NCBI GenBank assembly: GCA_963845755.1 | Contig: CAWJTV010000027.1 | Location: 263,571 to 327,570 of the forward strand | Direction: 5' to 3' | DNA: 64,000 nucleotides | Source: an uncultured Planctomycetota bacterium | GTDB taxonomy: Bacteria > Planctomycetota > Planctomycetia > Isosphaerales > Isosphaeraceae | Shown here: positions 24,493 to 35,819 of the stretch, in pieces | Layout: each line of letters opens with the position of its first letter | Position numbering within the stretch: the first letter of the stretch is position 1 | The notes under the pieces: generated by a model | What the model was told of the DNA's origin: nothing | The model's input: only the letters and a program-made list of their open reading frames with translations | The model's database searches: none | Program-made: the position numbers and the translations under genes

Positions 24493-26860
24493 TCAGAACG
24501 TGGTACCGAGCCGCTGACGTAGCCGGATGAACTTCTCGCGGAGCTCGCCGCCGCCCAGGTCGGGGTGAAGGATGGCGATGCCGTCGATGAGGTTGGCGAC
24601 TTCCCTGATCTGGCCGGAGCGGTAGTAGGCCAAGGCCAGGGCATACTTGGCGTCGAACCAGGCGATCGATCCGGTGGGGTGGTTCTGGAGCCGCAGGCGC
24701 TGGACGTCGATGTCCAGCGTGTAGACCTCGAGCCGGCTGTAGGTGTCGCCCAGGTCGCGGAGGATTCCGTCGTCGGTCGCGGCGGGGGCGCCTTTCCAGG
24801 ACGAGAGCGAGCGGCGGGCGTCGGCATCGGCCCCGAAGAACAACAGGGCGCGGGTCATCCGCATCTTCAGCTCGCTGAACTGCTCGGCCGTGAAATCCCG
24901 ATCGGCGCGCAGGAGCGGCTCGAGCAGCTCTTTCAGCACCCCTCCGAATCGCCGCTGGCGCAGGTCGGTCGCGGCGGTCGCGGCGGAATGGTCGAGGAGC
25001 CGGATGGCGTCGAGCAGGGCGGGACGCTCGGCGGGGACATGCCAGTCGACATGAGTCCGAGACTCGCGTTCCGCGTCGGGATAGCGGCCGAGCTCGACCA
25101 GGGCGATCATGCGGAGGAGCCGGGCACGATAGTGGATGTTCGGGGCGACCGCGAGCCGTGCGACCCGGTCGCAGATCTCCCGGGTGACCTCCGGATGGCT
25201 CGTGGTCGGGGTCAGGTTCAGCCGCGCCCGGGCCAGGAGCAGGGCGGCGGTCGTGTCTTCCGCGTGGGATTGCCGGAGACTCTCGGACAGGAAGCGGTCG
25301 GCCCGCGCGAACTGCTCGCCGACGACGTGGCGGTCGGGGTTGATGAGCAGGCGATCGAGATCGTCGCGATCGAGCGCCGCGATGGCCAGCCGGGCATCGC
25401 GCCAGCGGCCAGCCCCGGTTGAGATCGCCGACCACAAAGCGACCGCCCGGTCGCGGTCCCCGGATACGATGGCCAGCTCGCCGAGCAGCCAGCGCGCCTC
25501 GTCGGTGGCCGGCTCGCGGGGGAACTCGCGGATCTGGCGCTCGAGGGCCTCGGTATAAGCCGCGGCCGACGAGCCGGGCAGGTGCAGGGCCAGGGCGCGG
25601 CCCCGGGCCAGGGCGCGGAGCATCCCGGCCCGGGCGCGCGCGGGCCCGGCGGCCGGGTCGTCGGCCACCCGCGAGAGCGCGGCGTCGGCCTCGGAGAACT
25701 TGCCTCCCTGGAAGAAGAAGGCCCCGGCACGGAGCCGGGCCCCGGCCGCCGCGCTCGCCTGGCCGAGTGCCGCGGCGCGGTCCGCGGCATGCAACGCCGC
25801 CTGGCCGGCCTTCCCGGGATCACCCGCGGCCTGGTAGGCTTCCGCCATCGTGTCCCAGGCCTCCGGCGGTTGCTGCGCACGGGCTCGATCCCGCCCCGGG
25901 CCAGCTCCAGCAGCGCCAACCTCAACTCCGGCGGCCGAGCGGCCCGCAGTCCCTGGACGTCCTGGAAGAGGTCCGACACGATGCGCGACCGGTCGGCTCC
26001 CTCCGGCGGATGGGCGAGCTCGGCCAGGTGGATGCGGGCCCTCCACAGCCCCTTCATCGGTCCATCCAGGTGCGAGCGATCGACCGCCTGGAGCGCCTCG
26101 CCGAACTGACCCTGGCCGATCCGGAGCGGGATCTCGACATCGAATCGGTCGCGCTCGGGGGCGCGGGCTTGGCCGTGGCCGCCGCGTCGAGCTCCTTGGC
26201 GGCCACGGCCGGTTCCCCCGCCCGGCGCGCCAGGTCGGCCTGGAGCAGATGCCAGTAGCCGGCCAACCCGACCTCGGTCGCCGCCGGTTGGAGCAAGGTC
26301 CGCGCCTCCGCCTCGCGCGTGCGGCGCTCGGCGGAGTCGGCCGGCTCGAGGCCGGCTCGATCGGCCAGGGCCTGTGCCAGGCGGAACCGCAGGTTCTCGC
26401 CCAGGGTCGTGCGATCGCCGAGGGTCGACACCGCACGCAATCGCTCGATCGCGTCGTCGAACAGGGCGATCGCCCGCTCGCGAAACGGGGCCTCGCCCGG
26501 CTCGACCAGCGTGGCATGGAGCCAGGTCTGGGCCTGGGCCCAGCGGAGCACCGCGGCCTGGAACCGGAGCTGACGCGCCAGGGGCAGCTCGGGATTCTCG
26601 CGCGAGAACCGATCGAGCAGGTCGATCGCCAGGGCCCACCGATGGCGCCGGACCTCGGGGTCGGTCACCGCCTGCGCCGCCCGATCGAGCGTCGCGGCCA
26701 TGTCCAGCGCCATCTGTTCGCGGCGGATCGGGTCGATCGTCACGTCGGCGATCTGCGTCCGGACGACCGTCAGGTGCCGCGACAGCTCCGCATCGTTCAG
26801 CGGCTCCTGGGCCATGGCGGACCCGGCGATGACCAACAGTCCCCACAACCCCGCCACCAC
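24493..26860 (-). CDS. Large secreted alpha-helical (TPR-like) hypothetical protein; frameshifts near 26150 and 25890
   Basis: Signal-like N-terminus MVAGLWGLLVIAGSAMA, Ala/Leu/Arg-rich helical repeats, C-terminal WFDAKYALALAYYRSG..LHPDLGG. Confidence 0.7.
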
Positions 26861-26902
26861 GGGCCGCTCCTTATGCCAATTTCAGATGAGTTGTCCTCCG
26901 GG

Positions 26903-28222
26903 TCAGTTTACCATGACCGGGACCTCTTCTGGTACCGGATCCTTGGCTCTCGGGTGGAAGAAGATCGCCAGGATCGCTGCCGCGAGCAGGCCGAAGCCGA
27001 GCGGGTAAAGGAATAGGGTGGAGAAGTCGACTTCCTTGGTCGCGGAGTCCGTCAGGTGGTCACCCAGCTTGCCCCACAGGGTATTTCCGATCAATGGCCC
27101 AAGGCCCAGGATCAGCAAGTTAAAGAGACTCTGGGCGCTGGTGCGCACGTCTTGTGGAAAGTTCTCGTCTACGAAGATGTAGACCGTGGCGAAGAAGAAC
27201 GCGTACGCGAATCCGTGAACGACGTTGCTCAAGATCACCAACCACAGCAAGCTGGGATTCCTACCGGCGAGCGAGTAGATGGCGAATCGCACCGTATGGC
27301 CGAGGACACCAATGATCATCGTCTTCCGCCAGCCGAGCCGCTTGAGGAAGAATCCCAGCCATGCCATGGTCGCAATCTCCGCCACCTGGCCGATGCTCAT
27401 CGCCGGCGCAATCCAGTTCTCCGATAGACCGATCTTCGAGAGGAACGGGGATGTCCAGAAGAAGTAGCAGAAGTGCACCAGGGAATCCATGAACGTCACG
27501 ATGAACAGGACGAGGATGCTCGGGACGAGCAGGAGTCGCAAGCATTCCAGCGGTGCGAAGGCGCCGCCGCCTTCCTTGACTGGGGGCGTTCGTGGAAGGG
27601 TCAGGCTGAAGGTCGCGAGGGCGAAAGAGGCGAGGGCGGCAACCAGGAACGTGCTGGTCAAGGCGGCTTCCATGGCGGACCCCGTCTTGGGCGTGGCGAG
27701 CGCCTTTCCCACCCAGGAGATGAAGGTCCCGGCCTGTTCCATCGACGGCACCTTCGCCCAGTCAATGGGGATGAAGATGAACGGCCAGCTTGCCGCAATC
27801 CAGCCGATCGTGCCCCAAACTCGAATCAGTGGGAAGTCCTTCTGAGGATCCTTGACGTAGGCAAAAGCGATCGCGTTGGTTACGGACATCGTCGGCACGT
27901 AAAAGAGACAGTGCACGAGCATAAGCGCGAACATCGGCCAAAATGTCTTGCAGTAGATCAGGCCCAGCATCGCGAGACCGCCAACCAGATGGCTGAATGC
28001 CAGGTACTTGGATTTTTCGAAGTAGCGGTCCGCGAGCTGACCACCGAAAAGCCATGCGGTTAACGACGCCACGGCGAAAGCATTGTTGATCCACGCTCGC
28101 TCATCGCCCGTGAAATGGAGGTAATTCCCCAGATAGAGATTCAACAGCGGGAGCCAGGCGCCATAGATCACGTACTCGAGGAACATCATCACGGAGAGCT
28201 TGACACGGATCGCTGGGTTCAT
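26903..28222 (-). CDS. MFS transporter, nucleoside:H+ symporter (NupG/XapB-like)
   Basis: KLSVMMFLEYVIYGAW, GQLADRYF, IRVWGTIGWI, MSIGQVAE; about 12 hydrophobic segments. Confidence 0.92.
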   Translation of the reverse strand: MNPAIRVKLSVMMFLEYVIYGAWLPLLNLYLGNYLHFTGDERAWINNAFAVASLTAWLFGGQLADRYFEKSKYLAFSHLVGGLAMLGLIYCKTFWPMFALMLVHCLFYVPTMSVTNAIAFAYVKDPQKDFPLIRVWGTIGWIAASWPFIFIPIDWAKVPSMEQAGTFISWVGKALATPKTGSAMEAALTSTFLVAALASFALATFSLTLPRTPPVKEGGGAFAPLECLRLLLVPSILVLFIVTFMDSLVHFCYFFWTSPFLSKIGLSENWIAPAMSIGQVAEIATMAWLGFFLKRLGWRKTMIIGVLGHTVRFAIYSLAGRNPSLLWLVILSNVVHGFAYAFFFATVYIFVDENFPQDVRTSAQSLFNLLILGLGPLIGNTLWGKLGDHLTDSATKEVDFSTLFLYPLGFGLLAAAILAIFFHPRAKDPVPEEVPVMVN

Positions 28223-28460
28223 CGCAGGGCTCGCAAGGAGTCGAACATGGGTGATTCACCGGCTGCGGACCTCACCAATACACGGAGGCCGCGCCGGACA
28301 TCGCAGGATAGCCAAAGACTTTACCGCCTGGCGGTTTGAGTTGCCATGAGGTGCTGGCTTTGCCAGGTCGGATCGGGCATAAGGACGTCGGGCGAGAGAT
28401 ATGGATCTTTTCCCGATGCCTCACGCCCCCCCTAACGCGGCCTTCGGCTGCAACCCAATC

Positions 28461-28542
28461 GGGATTCCCGATTCGCGATTCCGGATTCCCGAAGGGGAAT
28501 GATCCGGGAATCCGGAATCGCGAAACCGGAATTCGGAATCCC
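28461..28542. repeat. Inverted heptamer-periodic repeat (GATTCCG/CGGAATC units)
   Basis: gggattcccgattcgcgattccggattcccg ... cgggaatccggaatcgcgaaaccggaattcggaatccc; shares about 30 bp with 3346-3378. Confidence 0.75.
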
Positions 28543-28583
28543 CAGATGCGCGGCATGGCGCAGGGATCCTACGGAGGAAAACT

Positions 28584-29793
28584 CTAAGAGATCAGGTCGA
28601 GGATCCGCTCGCCGGCGTGATGGCAACTATGGGCGACCGCGAACGAATGCCGTAAGGCGGCGCGGCCGTCGTCCGACCCCTGATCGAGAATCTCTCGGAT
28701 CGCGGCCAGGAACGCGTCGTGGTCCTCGGCGACGTGGAACCGCTCGGCATGCAGACGGCACTCCGGTAGCGCCGTGGCGACGATCGGCCGCCCCGACCCC
28801 ATCGTATCCATGATCTTGGTCGGATTGCATGCCTGGTTGAACGGGTTGTCCAACCGGTACGGGATCAGCGAGATATCGAAACTCTGGTAGTAGCGGGCGA
28901 TGTCCTCCTGCCGCCGCCAGCCGATAGCGTGGACGTTGGGGCGGGCGAGGAAGCGCGCGGCAGACTTCCCACCAGGGTTCGCCGACCGGGCCACCAGTGC
29001 GTCCGACGATCACAAGCGAGGCGCGGGGGAACTCCCGGCTGATCCGGTCCATCAGTTCCCAGTCGACGCGATTCTCCATCGAGCCGATGTAACCCAGCAG
29101 TGGGCGAGGCAGGTGAGCAATATCGAGCGGCGTCTCGGCCGGTCGGACCAGCGGGGTCGGCGCCAGGAACGGGGTCGGCGCCCCGTGCGGGATGTAGTGG
29201 ATCCGGCCCGACGCTTCGGGCACCTTCGCCCGCAATGCCTCGGTCCGCAGCCGAGAGACGCACACCGTCACGTCCGCCGAGCGCACCAGCTCCGCTTCCA
29301 GATCCCGGATCCGTCGCGCCTGGTGCGGCCAGTACAAGGCATAGTCGTCGATGTTGTAATACAAGGAGACCTCGGGCTGCAGCAGGTCCCGCAGGTAGAT
29401 GTAATGCGGGTACGACATGACCAGCCCGCGCCGCCAATCCGCGGGCAGGTCTCGCCACCAGGAGCGGATGGACCGCGCGATCGGCCGCATCCCCCATCTC
29501 GGGTACCGCTTCATCCACCCGGTCGGCAGGACGAACTCCTGCTCCCAGGCCGACGGGCCACTGCGCCGGAGCCGGCAATCGTTCGACCAGGGCAGGAGGC
29601 CCCGGCGCCAGCCGTTGAGATAATCGTGGCATTTCAGCAGCAGGAGCGCGACCGAGTCCTGATCCATCTCCCGGAACAGGTTCTCGGTATTGGGCCAGCC
29701 CACATCGGCGACCGCCAAACTCAGTCCGTTCGAGGCTCCGAGACCCGGTCTCGTCGCCGGTCGGGCCCCCGTCCTCATCGTGGTGCTCATCAT
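28584..29793 (-). CDS. GT-B (family 4 / TuaH-like) glycosyltransferase; frameshift near 28960
   Basis: YYNIDDY, ADVTVCVS, IPHG, LGYIGSMENRVDWEL, CNPTKIMDTMGSGRPIVAT. Confidence 0.85.
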
Positions 29794-30457
29794 CGTCGCA
29801 TCCTTGCCTAGTTGCGGGACTTCCTTTTCCTTCTCGCGAAGACGGTGGAATCCGGAATCTCCCAGGAACGCCCCACTTCCGAGATTCCATGGAGGACGTT
29901 TCTATAACACGACCCGCCCGGAACGGTCAACATTAGGGCGGACGAGCCGAGCCTGCCGGCGACGAGGATGGTCCAACGTCGTGCTCCGCGCCTCCGCGAG
30001 GTCGCGGCACGGGTCTCATCGCCCCTCAGATCCAGGTCCGCGTCGGTCATGACCCCCGTGAACGCCTGATCGCCGACCACGGGAATAACCCTTGACCTCA
30101 CTCCGCATGACTCTATCATTCGGTAGGTTCCCGTTGCAGCGTGTTGGATTGTGGAAATACAATCAAGCGCGACCGAGCAACCTTCTCACACACACTCGCA
30201 GAACGATAGCCGTCAGGCGCACGATTGCATGCTTCTCGACTCTTGAATTGAGAGTTGGCGTGGCTGTTCGCGCCCTGGAGCATCCGCTGGCGGCGATTGG
30301 AGGGGGTTGCGTCGATCGGTCCCGGTTCCCGAGGCAAGGATGAGGTTGTTGGAAAAAGAGGTGGTATGCCGGCCCGGCCATGCCGCGATAGGGTGAGGAT
30401 CGCCCACCGAAGGATGAGAATTCGCGACTGGCTATTCGGGCCCGGAGGAGTGCCATT

Positions 30458-31917
30458 GTGCCCCGTCCTGTAAGACCGCGAGGCGTTGATTCCGAGCTTC
30501 CACGACTGGGCCTGGCGACCTGCTCGGCCGGTCCGGAGCCATCCGTGGCGTCCCTGGCGATGCTGGCCGGGTTGACTCAGTGGCGATGGCGGGTCCAGCA
30601 TTTCCGGACGCGCGCCTGCCCGACGGCCACCGAGGCGGTCGGCCAGGTGACCGGCCTGCCCGGTCGTCACCTCGATGCCTGGCTCATGCCCGCGCCGGTC
30701 TGCCGCAGCCTGTTTGCGCGGGCGGCGGCTTCCGCCGAGCTGTCGCTGGTCGAGGGGACGCTCGAGTGCGCGATGGGGGCCCAGCCGTTCCCCACGTGCG
30801 ATCATCCCGGCGACCTGGGTCCGATTGCCGAGGCGCTGGACCTGCCCGTCGTCGCCGTGGTTTCCTGCCGCGGCAGCGACTCCGAGGCGTTTCACCTCCC
30901 GCGGTTCCCGGAGGGCGTTGATGCCATCCTGCTGGACGAGCTGGCCGATCCGGAGCATCTGCCCCGGTTGAGGCGCCTGGTTCACTGGACGACCGGCCTG
31001 CCGGTCGTCGGAGCGATCGAGGCCATGCCGGGGGTCCGCGCCGCGCTGGAGCGAGTGCCGCGCAATCGCCATCTGCCGGACGACCTGATCGACGAGCTGG
31101 CTCGCAGCTTCCTCAAACATGCGGACCTCACGGCGATCGACGAGCTGGCCCGGTGCCGCCCCTTTCGCCGTCCGACCGCGGGGCTCGCGCTCTCGGGCCG
31201 CGGACGCCGACGGTTCCGCGTGGCCTACGCGCAAGACGAGGCGTTCGGCCGCTACTTTCCCGACACGATCGAGGCGCTCGAGGCGCTGGGCGCCGACCTC
31301 GTCGAGTTCTCACCGTTGCGCGACGAGGGCTTGCCGGAACGGGTCAACCTGGTGATGATCGGCTGCGGCTTGCCGGACCACCATGCGGACGATTTGGCCT
31401 CGAACCACAGCATGATCGCCGCGCTGGGGGAGCACGTCTGCCTCGGGCGTCGGATCTATTCCGAGGGCGGGGGGACCGCCTATCTGGGGCGTCGGATGAT
31501 GATCCGCGGCCGTTACTACCGGGCGCAGGGATCCTGCCGTTCGACGCCGAGCTGGTCTCCGACACACCGCCGCCGGCCCCGGTCTCGCGGCGGCTGCTCC
31601 ACGACTGCTGGCTCGGTTCCCGCGGGACGATGGTCCGCGGCTACAAGAGCGATCGATGGCGCCTCATCCCCGGGATCGAGCCGTTCGAATGCCCCGCCTG
31701 CTTCGGTGCCCTCTCCGCCGAGGGGGATTGGTTCTATCACCATCATGCCGTCGGCAGCCTGCTGCACCTTCATCTCGGTGCCCTGCCGGAGGTCGTCGCC
31801 GCCTTCGCGGGCCCGCACCGTCCCTCCCTCCGCCGGCCCACGGCCCGGGGACTGGCCGAACGCGACGCGGACCGCTTCCGCGACCACGACGAGGGTCGGG
31901 ATGCGCCCGAAGTCTGA
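30458..31917 (+). CDS. CobB/CbiA-like (cobyrinate a,c-diamide synthase fold) protein lacking canonical catalytic motifs; frameshift near 31520
   Basis: TGLPGRHLDAWLM, SLVEG, VAYAQDEAFGRYFPDTIEALEALGADLVEFSPLRDEGLP, HLH. Confidence 0.8.
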
Positions 31918-31944
31918 ACGGTCCGTTCCGTTTTCAAGACGATA

Positions 31945-32781
31945 TCAATGCGATCCCGTCGGCTCGATCTGCGCCTCGATGAGCCGGATTTCCTTGCGGA
32001 GCCCTTCGCGATACGGCTGGATCTTGAGCGCGTAGCGCAAGGTCTTGAGGGCCTCGGACGGGTGATTGAGCTGGATCTGGCACTGGGCGAGGCCCCCGAG
32101 TGCGCCGAAATGGTACGGGTTGCGGCTCAGGACGAGCTGGCAGTCCCGGGCGCTCTCGGTGAACCGGCCCCGGAAGAAGTAGATGATCGCCCGTTGGTTA
32201 TAAGCCTCCATGAAGCCGGGCGCGGCGGTGATCAGCCGGTTGGCCAGGGTTTCCGCACGGCTGAGCTGCCGGCTATCGATGAGCTGTTTCACCTCCTGGA
32301 GCGTCCGGTTGTTCTCCGGCGTGTCGGCCCGGGACCAGACGGACCAGAGGGCGTCCTCGGCGAGGCTTCGCACGGTCACGTCGCTATCCCGCAGGGCCCG
32401 GCCCAGCGAGGCGTTGCTCCGCGCGAAACCGCCCGCGAAACCCAGCGACACGACGGCCGCTCGGCGCGCGGTGACCGACGGCGAGTCCATCAGGATCCGG
32501 CACAGCATCTCCTCGCTGTACTCGGCGGTGACGCGATCGCGGAAGGTCTCGAAGTCGCGGTCGTCCAGAAGACTCTGGAAGTAATCCACGAGCAGGTTGG
32601 CCGAGTTCGCTTCCCAGGAGCCGCCGGCCGGGGCGCGATGGCGATCCGAGGCGCCAAGAGCCGAGCGCGACGAGTCATCGATCCACCACGGCGAGATCGA
32701 GATCCCGAGCACGACCAGGAACAGGGGCCGTCGCGGCCATGAGCGGGTCATGATGTTGTCTCCCCGGCCGTTGGCGCTCAT
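31945..32781 (-). CDS. HEAT + tetratricopeptide repeat protein
   Basis: ARRAAVVSLG..ALRDSDVTVRSLAEDALW; EAYNQRA..NPYHFGALGGLAQC. Confidence 0.85.
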   Translation of the reverse strand: MSANGRGDNIMTRSWPRRPLFLVVLGISISPWWIDDSSRSALGASDRHRAPAGGSWEANSANLLVDYFQSLLDDRDFETFRDRVTAEYSEEMLCRILMDSPSVTARRAAVVSLGFAGGFARSNASLGRALRDSDVTVRSLAEDALWSVWSRADTPENNRTLQEVKQLIDSRQLSRAETLANRLITAAPGFMEAYNQRAIIYFFRGRFTESARDCQLVLSRNPYHFGALGGLAQCQIQLNHPSEALKTLRYALKIQPYREGLRKEIRLIEAQIEPTGSH

Positions 32782-32802
32782 CGTAGAGGATCCCTCGGGA
32801 GT

Positions 32803-33933
32803 TTAGTCTATCAAGACCGCGGGAGACGTTCCAGGATCCGATGAGGCGTTCGACGACGGATCGTGCGAGTCCGGCGCGTGGAGTGCGAGGACCTCGGCCA
32901 TCGGGAGCCGGACGAGCGGAGCGGGGCGTCCGCCGTGGTCAACCGGCTCGGGCCCCATTTCCAGGGCGAGTGTCAGTCCGTGTCGCACGTCGAGGTCCAC
33001 GAGGCGTCCGTCACGGGGCCCGGTGGGCGTGATGATCCTGACATCGCGGCCGAGGTGTTCGCTCCTCGTACACCAGGGGGCATTGAGCGTCTCGCAGCCG
33101 AGTGACAGACTGGCCTCGTACCAGTGGTCGAGCCGCTGAATCAACTCGCGAGCGACTTCGGAACGATCGATCATCCCGGCCCCGCGTTCGATCCGCAACG
33201 AGGTCGCCAGAGGGCGAAGCTCGGGAGGAAAGGCCTCGTGATCCAGGTTGACGTTCAACCCGATGCCGATGACGACACCCCGGGCCGGCTCCCCCGTGCC
33301 GCCGGGCAGAGCCGTCCCGCGGTGGGGCGTGGCGCGTTCGACCAGGATTCCGGCGATCTTGCGGCCGTCGACGCGGACGTCGTTGGGCCACTTGATCGTC
33401 GCCTCGCGGCCGGTCCAGGCGGCGACGACCTCGGCGGTCGCGACCGCGGCCAGCGCGATCAGCCAGGCGCAGCCGAAGGCGGCCTCGGGTCCGGCCGGTG
33501 CCAGGTGAGCGGGCGGGAATAGCAGGACCGACATCAGGATCGCGGATCGCGGGGGGGCCATCCATTGCCGTCCACGCCGTCCCCGCCCGGCGGTCTGCTC
33601 CTCCGCGAGGACGACCAGCCCGTCATTGCTCGTCAACGTCCCCGCCCGAGCCGCCAGGTCGTTCGTGCTGGTAACTCGGCTCCAGACAGCGATCCGGAGC
33701 CCGATCCGGCGGGTCCCCAGCTCGTGCTCGATCTGGTCCGGGCAGAGCCGCTCGGCCGGCCCGAGATAGGCGGCTCCCCGATAGGGATGGCGCTCGATCC
33801 CGAAGCCGAACGCGGCCAGGGCCTCCAGGTCGCCCCGCACGCGCTCGGCGTCCGAGCCCAACCGGTCCATCGGCAGGTAATCGCCCGCGGAGGCTCGCAG
33901 CCGATCCAGTAGAGGGATGTTCAAGTCTGTCAT
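32803..33933 (-). CDS. birA: Biotin--[acetyl-CoA-carboxylase] ligase
   Basis: STND, AEEQTAGRGRRGRQW, IKWPNDV..GRKIAGILVE, IGIGLNVN. Confidence 0.93.
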   Translation of the reverse strand: MTDLNIPLLDRLRASAGDYLPMDRLGSDAERVRGDLEALAAFGFGIERHPYRGAAYLGPAERLCPDQIEHELGTRRIGLRIAVWSRVTSTNDLAARAGTLTSNDGLVVLAEEQTAGRGRRGRQWMAPPRSAILMSVLLFPPAHLAPAGPEAAFGCAWLIALAAVATAEVVAAWTGREATIKWPNDVRVDGRKIAGILVERATPHRGTALPGGTGEPARGVVIGIGLNVNLDHEAFPPELRPLATSLRIERGAGMIDRSEVARELIQRLDHWYEASLSLGCETLNAPWCTRSEHLGRDVRIITPTGPRDGRLVDLDVRHGLTLALEMGPEPVDHGGRPAPLVRLPMAEVLALHAPDSHDPSSNASSDPGTSPAVLID

Positions 33934-33973
33934 TTCACCCAGGTTGCTGTGCCGGCCAACCGTTTCGTTCTGG

Positions 33974-34474
33974 TCACCGAGCATCGCCGATGACCGGCTC
34001 ACATTGTGGCAGGATGATCCTCTCGTAGACTTCCCGGGTCTTGGCGGGGAACTGGGCGGGACCGAAATTCGCGATCCATTCGACCCGTCTCGTCGTCACA
34101 CAGGTCGAGACGATTTCCACGAACTCGGGAAACCGATCGATCGAGAACCACTGTGCGTGCTCCGGGCGAACGTCGTCGCAGATTCTCACTTCCATTCCGA
34201 GGCGCGCCATCAGCTCTCGCACGAGAGTGAGAAACGCCGAGTTCGACCGACGATGGATGACATATCGTGAATCGACAGGACACCTTGACAGGACTTGCTG
34301 CCACGTCGACTTCGATGATGTGGAGGCCGTCTTCCCACGTGTAGTCGGTCGAGCCTCGAGACGCAATCGCATCCGAATCCCGTTTGCGCCGGGGAGTCGG
34401 CGCACCCATTCGTCCACCCGGGCGTAGTCCGCAGCACCTCCACGGAGTTCGACTCGAAATGACTCAAAGCCCAT
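33974..34474 (-). CDS. Hypothetical protein (possible immunity-like), internal frameshifts
   Basis: Strong RBS (AGGAGG) before ATG; consistent reading MGFESFRVELRGG..SCRFTICHP..FLTLVRELM..; no recognised family. Confidence 0.55.
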   Translation of the reverse strand: MGFESFRVELRGGAADYARVDEWVRRLPGANGIRMRLRLEARPTTRGKTASTSSKSTWQQVLSRCPVDSRYVIHRRSNSAFLTLVRELMARLGMEVRICDDVRPEHAQWFSIDRFPEFVEIVSTCVTTRRVEWIANFGPAQFPAKTREVYERIILPQCEPVIGDAR

Positions 34475-34845
34475 GGCATCCTCCTACGTGGCTCTCCGGG
34501 AGATGGTCCTTGCGGAGGGAGTAACGGATTCGAAAAGACGATCAGAACACACGTCTGGCAACAAATCGATCCACTGGTACACTGAACTCGACCATCCGGT
34601 TGATCGTGTCACGATCGAAGTGCTGTTTGGATTGTGTCGGCTGGAGGCCCCTCGCAGTCAATTCGTTCGCAAGTTGTTGTCGACCGGCTGGATCGGTGGG
34701 ATCGTTCACGTTGTCTGCCCAGCCCGGGAAGCCTTACGGCGAACGTCCGATCAAATACCTATCATACCGTTCGATCTCCAGGTCGTGAACCGGTGGGGTT
34801 CTTGCCGATTCGAAACGGGTAAACCAGCAGGCATTTACGGCTTGT

Positions 34846-35767
34846 TCAGCCCTCCGGAGCCGGCTCGATCACAAGGTCCAGCGCCAGGTCCAGCGCCGGC
34901 GCCGAGTGGGTCAGCGCACCGACGCTGATCCGATCGACTCCCGTGGCGGCCAGGGCGCCCACGGTCTCCAGAGTCACGCCGCCGGACGCCTCGAGGTGGA
35001 TGGCCGGCGCCACGGCGTCGCGACGGCGCACGGCCTCGGACACCCGCTCCGGTCCCAGGTTGTCCACGAGGATGATATCCGGCCCGCATCGCAGGGCGAC
35101 GTCGAGCTGTTCGAGTGAATCGACCTCGACCTCGATGATCGTCCCCGACGGCGGCGTTGGCCCGCGCCGTGGCGACGGCCGCGACGATCGGGTCGGCCGC
35201 TCCGGGCCCGGTCGCCGACCGGAGCCACGCCAGGTGGTTGTCCTTGATCAAGACGGCGTCGTACAGGCCGAAGCGGTGGTTGAACCCGCCTCCGCACCGC
35301 ACGGCGTACTTCTCCAGCGCCCGCCAGCCGGGTGTCGTCTTTCGCGTATCGTAGATCGCCGCGCGGCTGCCGACGACCGCCGTCACGTACCGCGCCGTCA
35401 AGGTCGCGATCCCGCTGAGACGCTGGAGGAAGTTGAGGGCCGTCCGTTCCATGGCCAGCAGCGACCTCATCGGCCCGTCCAAACGTGCGACCACCGTCCC
35501 CGGCTCCAGGCGATCTCCATCGGCCTGATACGACGTCCACCCTCGGAACAGCTCGAACTCCGCGGCCAACCGCTCGACGACCGGCAGACCGGCCAGCACG
35601 CCGGACGACCGCGACACCAGCCGTCCGGCACCGAGAGCGTCGCGCGGTATCGTCGCCGTCGACGTGATGTCCCCGAACTGGCCCAGGTCTTCCGCGATCG
35701 CCGGCGCGAGCAGGTCTTCGAGGTTGCGCCGCTCCCGCTCGCCGAATTCGTATCGAGAACGACTCAT
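34846..35767 (-). CDS. nadC: Nicotinate-nucleotide pyrophosphorylase (quinolinate phosphoribosyltransferase); frameshift near 35145
   Basis: EDLG..GDITS, ERTALNFLQRLSGIAT, DTRKTTPG, NHRFGLYD..LIKDNH, EASGG, ISVGALTHSA. Confidence 0.96.
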
Positions 35768-35819
35768 AAACTGCGATCCACTCTCCGCCTGGATGGTGTC
35801 TTTGCCGTCGAGCCTCTCC

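Noticed and set aside
29800..30457. Cobalamin riboswitch upstream of the CobB-like gene
   Set aside because: I could not find the conserved B12-box or core motifs by eye; an Rfam scan would be needed to exclude it fully
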